Shown here: piece after piece, positions 1-13,206 of the stretch
Layout of the letters: every line of letters starts with the position of its first letter
Position numbering within the stretch: the first letter of the stretch is position 1
Assembly: GCA_964016885.1 (NCBI GenBank)
Contig: OZ024742.1
Coordinates: forward strand, 72,230,001-72,294,000
Length of the DNA stretch: 64,000 bases
Reading direction: 5' to 3'
Origin: Eledone cirrhosa
Lineage: Eukaryota
Made by a program: the position numbers and the translations under genes
Notes under the pieces: model-generated
What the model was told of the DNA's origin: nothing
The model's database searches: none
What the model saw: the letters and a program-made list of their open reading frames with translations, nothing else

Positions 1-539
1 TAATATACTCTTTTTATAATATAATCTTTAATACAATCTTTTCTTTTCAATGATATTCGATAAATCTGTCTGATTGTTCAAAACCATCTCTTTGTATTTT
101 AAAATCCCCTAATTCTGTGAGACCCTCGAAAACAATCTTCTACTTGTATTTAAACTCTTATTACTGTTATATGCTCATTTAATTATGGCCGAATTTCTAG
201 GATTATATTATAAAATAACCTTCTCACTAACTCCCCCAGATCCCTCACCCCACTCGCCACCATTATTATTTGGTCCAATCATTATTCAGCGGCTTATAAT
301 GTTTCTCTTACCAATCTCTTTCACAAAACCACCGCCTCGGCTATCACTTCTTAAGTTTAGACCTGGTTGCTTTTCAATATACTAGATGGACTATAGAATT
401 CTGGAGAGTCTGAAGAATCTGGACACTCAATGACAATGCCAAAGATAAAGATAAATTCACCTCATGTTGCCGGACAAGAATGCAAGAACCCTATCTCCCT
501 CACCCCTCCCTGCGCCTCATCTTTCCCACCCACCAAACG

Positions 540-3420
540 CAATCAAAAACTTCAGAGTTGTTACCATGAATGTAGGCACCTTAAAAGGCCGCTCTAACGA
601 GGTTGTAGAGATGCTTGAACATAAGGAAGTTGATGTTTGCTGTATTCAAGAGACTAGGTGGCTCTGTTAGATTCATTGTGGGTAAAAAACGATGCTATAA
701 ACATTTCTGGGTGGGAAATGACAATGGGCTGGGTGGAGTAGGAATCATGCTAGCAGAAAAATGGGTAGATAAGGGTAATAGACGTAAATAGAGGGAATGA
801 CAGAATAATTAAAATAAGACTTGTCCTAAATAGAACTACTGTGACAATAACTGCCTGGCGTTATAAAAGACAGATTCTATAAGTCGCTAATGCTCACTAC
901 CTTCCAAATAACCGACAGTGACTACATAATTATTGCTGGCAACCTAAATGGTCATGTTGGACAACATTGTGATGGCTATGACAGAATCCATGGAGGCTAT
1001 GGGTTTGGTACTAGAAATGAGGAAGGCTCCAGAATCCTGGAATTCCGTGATACAAATAACCTAACTATCTGTAACACAAACTTCAAAAAACGAAACAATC
1101 ACTTGAACACCTATAGATCAGGGGAACATGCTAGTCAGGTAGATTATATCCTTACCAGAAGACGTAACAGAGTGTCTGTTGTAAACACTAAATCCCTATC
1201 CCATGAAGAATGTACCTCCAAACATAGCCTCATAGTTAGCGACCTCATAGTCAGGACGAGACGTACTCAACAACAGAGGAGGACTAACCTAAGGAGAAGA
1301 ATATGGAAGTTAAAGGGCCCCACAACCAGTAACAAATTTAAAAGCATAGTACTTGATGCTTTTGACAGTAAAGAAGAGCAATTAGTTGTACAATATAGAG
1401 GAACAGTGAGAATTCCTGAAAGTTAACCTGCTGATGGCGGCAGGCGAAGTCTGTGACTGGAGCAGGCCTATAGGCAGGAGGAGAGTAACATGGTGGTGGG
1501 TGGTGGAACAGTAAGGTGGAGGAGTCAATGAAGGCCAAACAGCAGGCTTGGAAAGTATGGGGGAAGTAGAGAAGACTATCAAGTGGCCAGGAGGGAAGCT
1601 AGGAGACAAGTGCACTTCGCAAGAAGGGAAGCAGAGGAAAGAAAGTTCAAGCATGTTCTACAACGCGAGGACCAAAAACGTGAGGTGTTCAGGATTGCTA
1701 GGCAATGTGTCAAGGAAATCCATGATATTGTCGGGGAGAAGTGTGTCCGTAATCTTGATGGTGTACTTGCCATCACTGACGCTGATAAGAAGGTAGCTTA
1801 GAAGTGTCACAACGAGAGGTTACTAAATGAGGAGAATAAATAGGACAAAGATAGTCTGCCCCCACATCGATCAATAGAGGGACCAGCAGTGCAAGTTGAA
1901 GTTAGTATAATAAGTAAGGCAATCAAAGATATGAAGACAGGCAAGGCAGCTGGGCCTTCGGAGATAGTTGCTGAAATGCTGAAAGCATCTGGAACGGTGG
2001 GACACACTATGATCACCCGGATAGTAAACCAAGTCATACAGAACGGGGTCATACCAAATGACTGGCGTAGCAGCATCATCATTAACTGCTACAAGGGTAA
2101 AGGAGATGCACTAGATAGAGGAAACTATAGAGGCATTAAATTAAATGACGAGGTCATGAATATCACAAAAAAAGTTTTAGCGCAACTAATCAGAGAGCAA
2201 ATTGATCTAGACGAAATGCAGTTTGGGTTTGTGTCAGGTAAAAGTACCACAGACGTGGTTTTCCTTGTACGACAACTACAGGAGAAGTATCTAGCTAAAA
2301 GTAAACCCCTCTGCTTAGCTTTTGTTGACTTGGAGAAAGCCTTTGACAGAGTCCCCTGCGCCACTATCTGGTGGGCCCTTAGAAAAGATGTAGTGGGATC
2401 ACAGGTAAGCTATCTAAGAACGTAGATTTTATGTGGCTGGTGCTCAGGTGCAATAATTAGCAAGCGCCCACAGGATACTAGCTCCTTCTATTGCTCAGAT
2501 GGTTCTATAGAAATAGTGGACACCTTCAATTACCTGGGTGACAAAACAGGATGGAAACAGTTCAGAGAGCTTATACCACTATTGGCCGCTAAATGTTTCT
2601 CTCTAAAAATGAAAGACAGGCTGTATGATGCCTGCATACGAACAGCTATGTTACATGGCAGTGAGACATGGGCATTGTGTGCAGAGGATCTGCGCAGACT
2701 GGAGAGGAACGAATCTTGCATGCTCCGTTGGATGTGTAATAGTAATATACGTGAACGGCAGAGCATAAATGAACTAAGTGAGAAATTAGGAATAAGAGGG
2801 ATCAGATGCTGTTTACTCGAGAGAAGACTACGTTGGTATGGTCACGTGATTCGCATGAAAGACGACAGCTGTATAAAAAAGTGCAGGGCGATCAAAATCG
2901 ACGGAAGTTACGGAGTAGGCAGACCCAGAAAAACCTGGAACGATCTGATAAATTCCGAGCTTACACGCTTACACCTCTCCAAGACAATGTCACTGGACCG
3001 AGATCTTTGACGCCACGCAGTAATACAGAAAACCCGCCTTGCCTAAGTACAAAGCGCAACCTACAGTCAGTAGGCACCTCTTAATCAAATATACACCCCC
3101 TCCCACTACCCCACCCCCATCAACACCACCCCTTTCTCTGTAAAGTTATGTTGGTACCACAACATCCAGTCCTAAATAAAAAAGGTTGTGTAGGTGAAAC
3201 GACAAAAAAAAACACAGTCCACGCTGTAATGTGGCCATGTAGGTAACACGGTAAAAACCTCCCAGTCCACACTGTAAACGTGGTTGGTGTTAGGAAGGGC
3301 ATCCAGCCGTAGAAAACCTGCCAGACAGACCCATATGAGCGAGACGACCAATCTTGCCTCAAGTGGGACAATTCCCGTGCTAGCGTGGAAGATAGACATT
3401 AAACGACTCTTAATAATAAT
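540..3420 (+). mobile_element. RTE-clade LINE, degenerate (APE endonuclease + RT + 3' UTR)
   Basis: APE motifs (TMNVGTL, CCIQETRW, GNLNGHVG, SQVDYIL) and RT motifs (KGKGDALDRGNYRGIKL, QFGF, FVDLEKAFDRV, RRLRWYGHV). Many stops and frameshifts plus an internal deletion near 2390. The 3' UTR is the reverse complement of 13207-13640. Confidence 0.9.
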
Positions 3421-3429
3421 AAACCAGAG

Positions 3430-4654
3430 TATGTGGTAGAAAAGGAAAGTGTTAAGCTTCCTCTCGGCCCATTTCTGGTTGAGAGTGACCACCCTGCTCG
3501 TCACCTCGCTCCAGTGTTTCTCCATCTGGAGATCCAGACAGAACCAGACCCTGAGCAATTTAACCAGTCCTTCTGTCCAGCACCCCCACGATGCTGTCAG
3601 ATGGCATGGACTTGCCTCTCCAGGTGCCGAGCTGTAAGCCCACAGATCACAAATTTGTAGTCTGTGTAGTCGACTACTTTAAATTGTAGACAACCTCCAC
3701 TAGCCTTATCTGTTTCCCTACAGCATACCCTATCTAGATACAATCTGGATGACCCGATGTGGTTTGCCCATGTCCACATTGGCACATTCGGATAATCCAG
3801 TCGATACCTGTCAGACAGTTCAAAATGTCTGAGCAGGTTGTTGAGGCATTAACACCCTCCTCCCTATCTACTAGCCCCACATAATCCCAGCATGAATCTA
3901 AGATACCATTCCAGTCGCCCACTAACACTAAAGAGTGGGACGTTCCCAATAAGGTCTCTAGACATCTGAAGAAATCTGGCTATCCTGCCCCTGTTGGGGC
4001 GTAGACGGCCACTAGACTGAAAGCATTGCCTTCGCTGCTGGTCACATCCAGCACCCCCCGACTTACCTTCTGGGTCCAGAAAGATGGCCTGTATGACGAG
4101 ATCCAAGCCGAAAAAGCGCAACAACTTCACCCCCTGCTCCCATACGCCTGAGAGATGCGTATACATTGTAGCTGCCGAAGATCGGTGCAAAGGCTCGTGC
4201 TTCGGAAATTCTGGTCTCGCTGATTGCCACCACATCTATGTTTAGTGACCTGAGGTCATTAAGCAGGTGGCCCTGCTTCCATGATGACGCCAAGTCACGT
4301 ACATTTACACTACCTATTCTAAGTAAGGCCATGTTGGGTGAGGAACAGTGTAAGTGAGAAAGGATCACTTACCTTGATTGTGTGGGAAAGTCACACTGTC
4401 CCTTCGGCTGGTCATGGGTGTCTCTAAGATAATATCCATGTATATTCTCTTGGTAAGCGACCCTCTGAATCCCCAACTGCATTGGGAAATTTTTGTTTTA
4501 ACTGCTTATAATGTTCCAGTTTGATTTCGACAATGTTTATATATTTTGGTAATGTTCTTGGTGGGGTGTAGTAATTTTTGTCTGTAATGTATGTGTGCTG
4601 CTTTATATGTTCCATGAGTTCTTTATTTGCAATGTTTATGGGTGTGTAATTTTT

Positions 4655-4685
<31 letters not shown>

Positions 4686-5340
4686 GGGTTGCTGTTTTCT
4701 TGTTGCTGTTGTTAGGTGTGTGTGCCTTGTTATGTTTGCAATGTTGGTGTTTGTGGTGCTGCTGCAAGTCGCCTTGCAGCCTTTACCCCTCTTTGTTTGC
4801 CCTCACGTTGGAGGGGTGAAGCTAAGGGGTTTTTCCTTTTTTTTTGTGGCAGACCTTTTGCCACTCCACTCCTGCCTCACACTCCATGTCGGATTTCATG
4901 GGGTCTGGGATGGGTTGAGCTCCACGGTGGTGGTAGTGGAATCCGCTCCGGCGATTTTGTCGCCAGTGTAGTTACTGCAACTGATGGTGTTGCCGCCACT
5001 ACTGCCGCTGTTTTAGTTGTACATGGCCTTGGTATAGGTTGCCCTCCTACTCACTGCGGAAGGGCCTGATGCCTCTGTTGCCTGCCCTGCTCCTGGTAGC
5101 AGCGAACAAGGTGTCAGAAGGAGGAGGAGGGCTTTCTCCTTTGCTGTCTTCTGCATGCAAAAGGCCCTGAGGTGACCCTTCGACTCACAGAGATAGCACT
5201 TTGGCGCCTTCCTTCCATGCTTATGAGGAGTTGAACTCCTTCTTCGAGGTCTATGACATTCGGGATAGCCTCAATACATTCCTGGTCAGTTTGGATTAGT
5301 ATTTGCATTCCAATACCTGACCAGTTCAATATTTGACAAG
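3430..5340 (-). mobile_element. L1/Tx1-like LINE fragment (ORF1 zinc knuckle + APE endonuclease)
   Basis: CCHC knuckle KCYLCESKGHLRAFC near 5155-5200 and APE motifs IGSVNVRDL, VAISETR, LVGDWNGILD, YLDRV. Frameshifted. Confidence 0.7.
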
Positions 5341-5399
5341 CATCAGATCAGTAGCATGTTTTTTGCTCTCCTTCAAGATAGAATGAAGCTTCTTACTTC

Positions 5400-5602
5400 T
5401 TTCATGTTTTTCAATAAGTTTCAGCATACAGTCTTTGTTGTTTCAAGGCCAGTCGAATAGTGGTGGTCTTGTAGAAAAGTTCAAAGTGGATCAGGCCATG
5501 GCCTCCTTAAGTTCTAGGAAGGAAAGTTGATCCACATCTGCTTTTGGGTGGTGCATCCTATCACAAGTCAGTAACTTAGGGATTTTGGTGTCGATTTTTT
5601 CA

Positions 5603-5646
<44 letters not shown>

Positions 5647-6128
5647 GACATGACAGAGTTGGCCAATATCTACACTGAGTAATATGTCGGCATTATAAAA
5701 TCAAAGCTGCTGACAAGTGGTACAATCATCACCCTGAGGATGTAACTGAAGGAGAAAAAGTAACAATTCTTTGGGACTTTCCTGTACATACTGACTGAAC
5801 CATAAAAGCTACTAGAGCAGATATCATTGTAAAAGACCAACATAGCAAGGTCTGTTTATTGATAGATATGAGCATCCCATATGATCACAATATTGCAACA
5901 AAAGAATTTGACAAGCTAAGAAAATATAAAGATCTGCTAATTGAAATCGAAAAAATGTGGCACCTCAAGGGCGTTACAATACCAGTGATTGTGGGAGGAC
6001 TGGGAATGATCAAGAAAGGAACAGAACAGTATTTGAGAATGATCCTTGGTTTACCCTCTCTGTAAGAGGTGCAAAAAATTGTTTTGACTGGTATTGCACA
6101 CGAATTGAGAAGGACACTTTCTCTGTAA
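5400..6128. mobile_element. R4/Dong-like non-LTR fragments (restriction-like endonuclease C-terminus on +, inverted piece on -)
   Basis: On + 5640-6128: RHDRVG, ILWDFPVHTD, RADII, LIDMSIPYD, K..KY, IPVIVGGLG (PD-D/ExK RLE). On - 5470-5604: KIDTKIPKLLT..RMHHPKADVD. The two pieces are joined by (ATT)n. Confidence 0.75.
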
Positions 6129-6333
6129 GATTGATATCCCTCCTTGTATGGGTGTGTGGATGTGTGTGTGTGTGTGCATGGATATCTTTTATTTATATGT
6201 ATGTATATGTATGTGTCTGTGTGTGGATGTGTGTATGTGTATGTTTGTATGAGTATGTATGTGTACATATGTGTGTTGTCATCATCATCATCATCACCAT
6301 TTTACGTCCGTTCTTCCACGCTAGCATGGGTTA

Positions 6334-9300
6334 TGTGGTTAGAAAAAGCTGTCTCACTTACCGCTTTTCATAGGCGCCGCTAAATCCCACTGCTGGTTTC
6401 TCCTCTTCCACGTGCGTCCAACTCCTTAACACCGGGAGCTGCCAAAACTCACGTCCACACCGTTGCTGGTCACCACTAGAGAGAGACCCATCTGCTGGCC
6501 CTTCCAGTCGAGCATCCTTCCGGTCAAGCACCCTTCCGGTCGAGCACTCCCCCGCTTCTAGCCACCGCACACCACACCATACCCACACGCCCCCATGATC
6601 TCAAGGATCAATTTCCCCCCTCGTCCTTCTGCATATGAAAGTCTGCCGTCCAGGTTGGTAGTTTACGACTTCTTCGCGATCTCCGCAGTGTTGGGGAAGC
6701 ACTTTGGGTTTCCTCTTCCTCGGAGTCCATTGACACAGTGATTCTGCGGACATCCAGGACATGACGTGGTACTCCGTCCACGGACACATTGTTCTGGGAA
6801 TTTACGGCCGTCACCATTCCCCTTCCCCATTGAGATGTGCAACGTGCATCTGGGGGCTTAACCCAGACTTCTTCGCCCACCTGCACGAATGCACTCTCTC
6901 TCCCCACTGGCCGTTGTGGTGGCGTGCACGGGTGCCGCCACTCGTATTTGAATACTGCTTTGTGTGGCACCGATTCCTCGACCTGTCCCACCCGAGGGGA
7001 CATGTTGTACCAGAACACTGCCTCCATTGGTGAGATAAGGCCCCACTCCGCCATTGCCTTAATCGTCCGGTGGTGTCGTTCCACAATTCCATTCCCGCTC
7101 GGCCTGTGCGCTGCTCTGAAGAAACGGTCCACCTTCCATCCATCGAACATCTCCCTCAGCGCCTCCGAGCGGAACGCTGCGCTGTTGTCCATCAGCAGTT
7201 CGTCCACAGGGCCCCGCTCCAAGAACACCTCTCTCAACGTCCGCATGATTTCCTCGGCCGTTCCAGTCTTCATCTCCCTCCATATCGCCATCCATCCTGG
7301 TCCACAGTCGACCATCGAGAGGTATGTTCCCTGTCAGTAGTGCACTACATCCACCGCCAATCGCTTCCAGTCGCAATCCACCGGGAGGCTTCCCGTTTCG
7401 TGTACACCCGGGGCGGGATCAATGGACTGACATCGGACGCAGCCTCTGAACACTGTGTCTGTTAACGTCTGAGTCGATTCTCCTGGCTAGGAACAGGCTC
7501 CTATCCACTCCCATGTGGTATATGTCATGCAACCCTTTCAGATCCGAATCGGTCAGCCGACACACGGCAGCTTTCTCATCTTCTACCTCCTCCGGCGCTT
7601 CCATCCAGGCTTTCTTCACCCTACTTAAGACGTGCGCCCTATTTTTCTCTGAGGGCACGAAAACTACGCTCAGCCTCAGGTCGAACTCGGTGGCCAGCTC
7701 TCCTAAAGTTCCCAGGCGGCGCTTTATCAGCATCACCGCCGCCCCTCTCGTTCGCACTCTCTTCTCACTGGTGAGCACTGATCTCACCCATCCGAGTACA
7801 GTAGCCGAGTCGGTGCGTATCTCGATGGTGCGCAGTCTCCACCTCAGGACGAGGTTCACCCCTCTCAACACTGCGTCCAGTTCGACCACATTGATGTGGT
7901 TGCAGTCTTCCTTCTTCCTAAGCCAGGCTGCATCCTCGACCTCAACACCTCCTATCTCCAACGTGACACCCAGCGCTATGCTGCTGGCATCGCACCATTC
8001 GGTCCCGCTCTGTGATTTGGGAACATACCAGCGTCCCCGCACTGGGTCGTAGGCCTTCACCCTCCCCACGATCTCCTGCATCATGGCCACCGTCCTCTCT
8101 CCCACTCTGTCACTCCAAGTCACTCCTCCCGCTCGTCTCTTGACATAGCTGCATGCCGTCCGGAGCCACCCAGCAATCGGGTAGTGACCCACCAACTTTC
8201 CACACACCGAGAAAAGCTCCCGCCTACTCATACTTGGGCCCAGTTCTGGAACTTCATTTCCCCTCTGGAATACCTAGACGCCCGTCCTGTCTCGCCGTAG
8301 CCTAAGTCCCAGCGCGGCTCCTCCCCCCAACACTTCTGACGGCTACGCAGCCAGTCCATACCCCTGTAAATCGCTCGTGACTTCCGCCGCCGACACCACA
8401 GACTCGTCCACTAGGATGTCGTCAATATAGGAGTTAGTGGCCCTCTTCATCTTGTCGGCCTTTCTCAGAATGGTCTTGAGGACCGCCGCCATGATCTTCG
8501 GTGTGGAGCTCAGCCCGAAACCGAGCCTGGTCAGGCAATATGTCCGGCCCTTATACCTGACCAGCTGATACTGCCAGAGCTTCTCGTCTATATGCAATTG
8601 CAAGTATGCCGACTTTAGATCTACGATTGCTGAACCCCCCCCCCCCCGTCATGCGTCTCCACTCACGCAGGGTTTCCCCACAGACATCCGTGACCTCGCC
8701 ATCCGTGTGGCATGACACGTGCTCGTTCAGCTCCCGAAAGTCCAGCACCGGCCTCACCTTGTTCTTCGTGGGTTGCGCCACCGCCATTAACGGCAATACT
8801 CCGCACTTCACCTCCTCTTTCCAGGGAAGCAGTATGCCCTCCACAATCCATCTCTCTACCTCTCGCTCAAACTCGCTCCTAATGTTTCCCTTCAATGTGT
8901 GTTGATAGCAGCCCACTTTGGTCTTCAGTGTTGGTGGTTCTCCCTTCCAGTACCACTCAACAACCCATCGCTGCCCATCGAACACGGCCTTGAAGTCTTT
9001 GTCCTGCACAGTGTAAGCGGGGTATTTCTCCTCGTGGGTCTTCTGGTTCTCCTGTCGCGCACTCACAGCGCATACCGATGCAGCGGCGCCAAACGACACA
9101 CCGACGTTGTTCCCTGTGACGCCTCCTAGACAGCCAATTGCGTCCGTGCCCATAACCACGCCGATCCCATCCACCACGCTGTCTACTATGATGGCAGAAA
9201 GCCTTATTTTCCTTCCCCGTACCGCTATTTCTATCTCGCTGCGACCTCGGCATTCAATTTTCCTGCCGTCGACTGCCCTTACGCTGCTCTTCCTTCTCCA

Positions 9301-10509
9301 CCTCTGCGCCACCCCGCGGTCACCAGTGTCGTCGTACAGCCCGTGTCCACGAGGGCTCGCTGTGGCTTTCCCCTCATGAAGACTTCCACCATGGGCAGCG
9401 CCTCTACTCGTAAGGGGCAACTACCGGCGCAGTAGTTCCCCTTGGATCGTTTCCCAGTTAATAGCGATGTGGCCTGGTCGCTTACACCGGTAGCATATTA
9501 TTTCCGGCCTTGACTCTCTGCAGTCTCTAGCCATGTGCGAGCCCTGGTACCGAAAACAGCGACCTCTAAACGTTCGCGAGCGACCGCGTGCTGTGGTTGT
9601 CTCCCTTTCACCATTTCGCTGTCAGCTGTCTTGAGCCTCTGTAGTTGCTATCGCCGCAACACTCTTCTTGGCATCTTCTGCTATGATCCGGGCTTGTTCC
9701 ACCAGTGAACGCATTTCCATTTCTTTGTAACCCGGGACTTGCTGCAGTTTCACCGCTATGTCGTCTGGAAATCCATTTATGAACGCCAACCGCACCGTGC
9801 ATTCGCATTCCACCTGATATCCAGCCAACATGGCCAATCACCGTATTTCCGCTGCGAAAATGTCAACGCATTCCCCTTGGAGCGAAAGCGGTAAACGGTC
9901 CCTCTGCGAACGCTTCTATCATGCGCCTCTCAATCTTTTGCGCATCTCTTTGGCTGTGTTCGTCCAACTCAAGGAAGAGTACCAACGCGTCCCCCTCGAA
10001 GTACAGTGCCATGAAGTCAGCCACATCTTCTATCTTCTGCAAGCTGGCGACCAGCCGGACTTTTCGCAGCCAAGCGACATCACCTTCTCTGGTAAATGCC
10101 CTGATAGCTTCGCTTGTTCGTAGTCTTGTCGCCATCTTCTAATTTGTCTTGCGGTATGTGATAGAAAAAAAAACAACAGACTCCTCTCTGTTTTTCCAGT
10201 AGCTTTTTTTTTTTTTTTTTTCAATCAGATCTCAGTTTCCAGTGCCGAAATAGCTTGTGGTTAGAAAAAGCTATCTCACTTACCGCTTTTCATAGGCGCC
10301 GCTAAATCCCACTGCTGGTTTCTCCTCTTCCACGTGCGTCCAACTCCTTAACACCGGGAGCTGCCAAAACTCGCGTCCACACCATTGCTGGTCACCACTA
10401 GAGAGAGACCCATCTGCTGGCCCTTCCAGTCGAGCATCCTTCCGGCCAAGCACCCTTCCGGTCGAGCACTCCCTCGCTTCCGGCCACCGCACACCACACC
10501 ATACCCACA
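6334..10509 (-). mobile_element. Full-length-structure LTR retrotransposon (Gypsy-order gag-PR-RT-RNaseH-IN), frameshifted
   Basis: 254-bp TG..CA LTRs at 6334-6587 and 10256-10509 (about 7 differences by eye). TSD GGTTA at 6329-6333 and 10510-10514. RT RPVLDFRELN/GFGL/YIDD, RNase H WCDAS/HINVVELDA/TDS, integrase MDN..F/SGNGIVERHHRTIK. Purine-rich tract before the 3' LTR. Confidence 0.93.
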
Positions 10510-10514
10510 GGTTA

Positions 10515-11375
10515 GACGGGTTGTCCTGTTGTGGGCAGTAGCCGGTCAGCTGACCTTGTCTTGCTCATACGGGAACTGATTCTAGCTTGATTGCTACAGC
10601 TGGATGCCCTTCCTAACACCAACCTCATTTACAGTGAGTGCTGGGTGCTTTTTTCCGTGGTGCCTACACATCCACTTTACAGTGTTGGTTGGGTGCTTTT
10701 TTGTCGTGGCACCTCCACGACCACCTTGCAGTGGGAGGGTGTGGGGGCATATTGTCTATATGCTTCAGCTTTGGCTTGTACCCGTGGGTGGTCGGATCTT
10801 CTGTATTACTGCGTGACGCCAGAGGTCACGGTCGTGTCATCGCCTTTGAGAGGTGTAATTGGTTAAGGTCGACTTTTATCACCTCATCCCAGGTCTTCTT
10901 GGGTCTCTCCACTCCACGGTTTCCATCGACTTCTAGTGCTCTGCACCTTTTTATGCAAGCTGTCATCCTTCATACGCATCACATGTCCATACCAACGCAA
11001 CCACCTCTCCTGCATACAGCATTTGATTCTTCTTATGCTCAGTCTCTCTCTCAATTCGTTTATGCTTTGCTGTTTGCATATATTATTATTACACATCGAT
11101 TGGACCATGCATTGGACCGTTTCTTTCTAATCTACGTAAGTCTTCTACAGACAGCGCCCAGGTCTCACTACCATGTAACATTGCTGTTCGTATACACGCA
11201 TCAAACAGTCTGCCCTTCATTTTAAGGGAAAAGCCTTTTGCAGCTAGCAGTGGCAGTAGCTACCTGAACTTCTTCCATCCCGTTCTTACCCTAGTTATTG
11301 TACTTTCTGAGCACCCACCTCCGCTGCTAATTTAGTCACCTAGGTAGCAGAAGCTGTCTACTGTTTCTAATATTT
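10515..11375 (-). mobile_element. RTE LINE 3' fragment; its (CAT)n tail lies at 6279-6333, split off by the LTR element
   Basis: RT C-terminus (ERWLRWYGHV) and 3' UTR homologous to other RTE copies. The sequence resumes across the GGTTA TSD. Confidence 0.8.
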
Positions 11376-12033
11376 TTTTATAATCAATGTGGTGTGTTAA
11401 TTAACCAGCTTACCAATGTATACAGTGAGTTTATTTGCCCTAGGTATCAGGAAGACACTTGGCATATAACAGAAACAATACTGACGGAAAAGAAAAAACA
11501 ATGACAATAATAATCATAAACAATAAACTTTTCTTTAGTTGCCACAAGGATGACTGATGAGAGGACATTACAAGGAGAAATTACAAAAATTGTAATGGGT
11601 TTTAAGTAGAATCAAATATGAGAAAAGAGGCATGAAAAGCAACAGTATAGCAGGAAATAAAATGAAATGTCCCAATAAGAAGACATATATATATATAGGG
11701 TGAAACAGAGAACCCCTTAAATCACAAGGACAAGTATCGTATTGCTGCTGTGTTCCCTGGCCTTATTGTAATAATATAGCCTATGGATTTGATGGTATGA
11801 TGGTGGTAAGTGTATTTTGGGGGTTTAAGTAGTCTTCATTTAACTTCGATTCCATGGGTTTCTTCTATCTTATCAGATACAGCCACATTTACCTGGAATG
11901 TTATATAAATAAGTAGAACAGTAAATTTCTATATTTATCAATATAAAAGGTATTTTACTTATCAATATATAAGAGAGAATTTCCAAAGTTGATAAGACGG
12001 GGGATTAAATTTCTTAGTATTTGTTCCAGCCTG

Positions 12034-12798
12034 TTGCTTTAAGTTCAAGCCCCACCAAGTCAACTTTGTATTTTTTCCTTTCGAGGTTGATAAATAAAGT
12101 ACTAGTCCAAAGACAGTGTATAAGTATAATTGTTAAAGAGTCAGATGGGAGGCTTTGTGGTATCTGTTTCAGCTGTGTGTGTTCTAAGTTCAAATCCTAC
12201 TTTCTTTCTGCCAAAAGTTGTGACCAGCAGATAATATTAGTAGTGGAAACAACTTATGATCAGCTCCCTTCCTTTCCTTTGTTATCCAGGTTAACATAGG
12301 ACTAATGAAAACAACAACAGCCTCTCTTGTATTTTTCTAGTTGTTATATCTGCTTTCATCAGACTATGAAATGTCATCAACAAACTTCAATTGATATTTG
12401 AAAAGTGTTCATGATAACTATTTTAGGATGATTACTTCCCATTAAAGGCATGTCTGTTGGGGAAGGGGTATGCCATAGCTTTTTCAGTGACAGGAGGCAG
12501 ATTTTGAACTCAGAATACTGAGAGCCAGATTAGATACCACAAAGTATCTTTAACCATTCCCTCAATCACCATCTTTGGAGTGGTACTTTATTTATCAACC
12601 CAAAAGGATGAAAAATAAAATTGAATACAGTGGGATTTAAACTTAGAATACACACAGCTGAATCAGATTCCACAAAGCATCATATCTGACTCTTTAACAA
12701 CTATGCAAATATACAACTTTTGGACTAGTACTTCATTTATCGACCTTGAAAGGACGAAATGCAAAGTTGATTTCGGTGGGGCTTGAACTTAAAGCAAA
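12034..12798. repeat. Inverted pair of short SINE-like repeat fragments (12034-12111 and 12719-12798)
   Basis: ttgctttaagttcaagccccacc...gtactagtccaaa versus its near reverse complement. Related pieces at ~12580-12650 and ~24760-24830. Confidence 0.55.
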
Positions 12799-12911
12799 GT
12801 GAACTATTTAGAAATGCCCAATAATGGAGCCACTATGAAAATAAATAAAAAAATAAATATGTAAACTTTTAAAGCTATTTTGCAGAAAAGCGTAGAGGTA
12901 TGTTTACCTAC

Positions 12912-13087
12912 CTAAAACTGGAGACGGTTTATGGAAAATCGGTTGACAAAATTAGATTTTTGAATGAGTAGTCCAATTAATATAATTACAGTCAGAAGCG
13001 CTAGGGCAAGTAAAACCCCTAAAATGATAGCAGTGGTGTGAGGTGTCATGTTGTTTCTAATTGTTGCTGTTCCGTTCTGTGGGAGGA
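12912..13087 (-). CDS. Host gene exon: juxtamembrane region + transmembrane helix + short cytoplasmic tail ending in TAG
   Basis: Acceptor ttttgttctttcag; phase 1 matches the upstream EGF exon. Encodes VLPQNGT...AIILGVLLALALLTVIILIGLLI-QKSN...RLQF*, followed directly by GTAGGTAAAC. Confidence 0.75.
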
Positions 13088-13126
13088 CTGAAAGAACAAA
13101 ATAAAACAGACATGATTGAAACATGT

Positions 13127-13196
<70 letters not shown>

Positions 13197-13206
13197 GTAT
13201 ATATAT

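Noticed and set aside
400-470. Possible hammerhead at CTGAAGA
   Set aside because: No properly placed GAAA or helix I partner.
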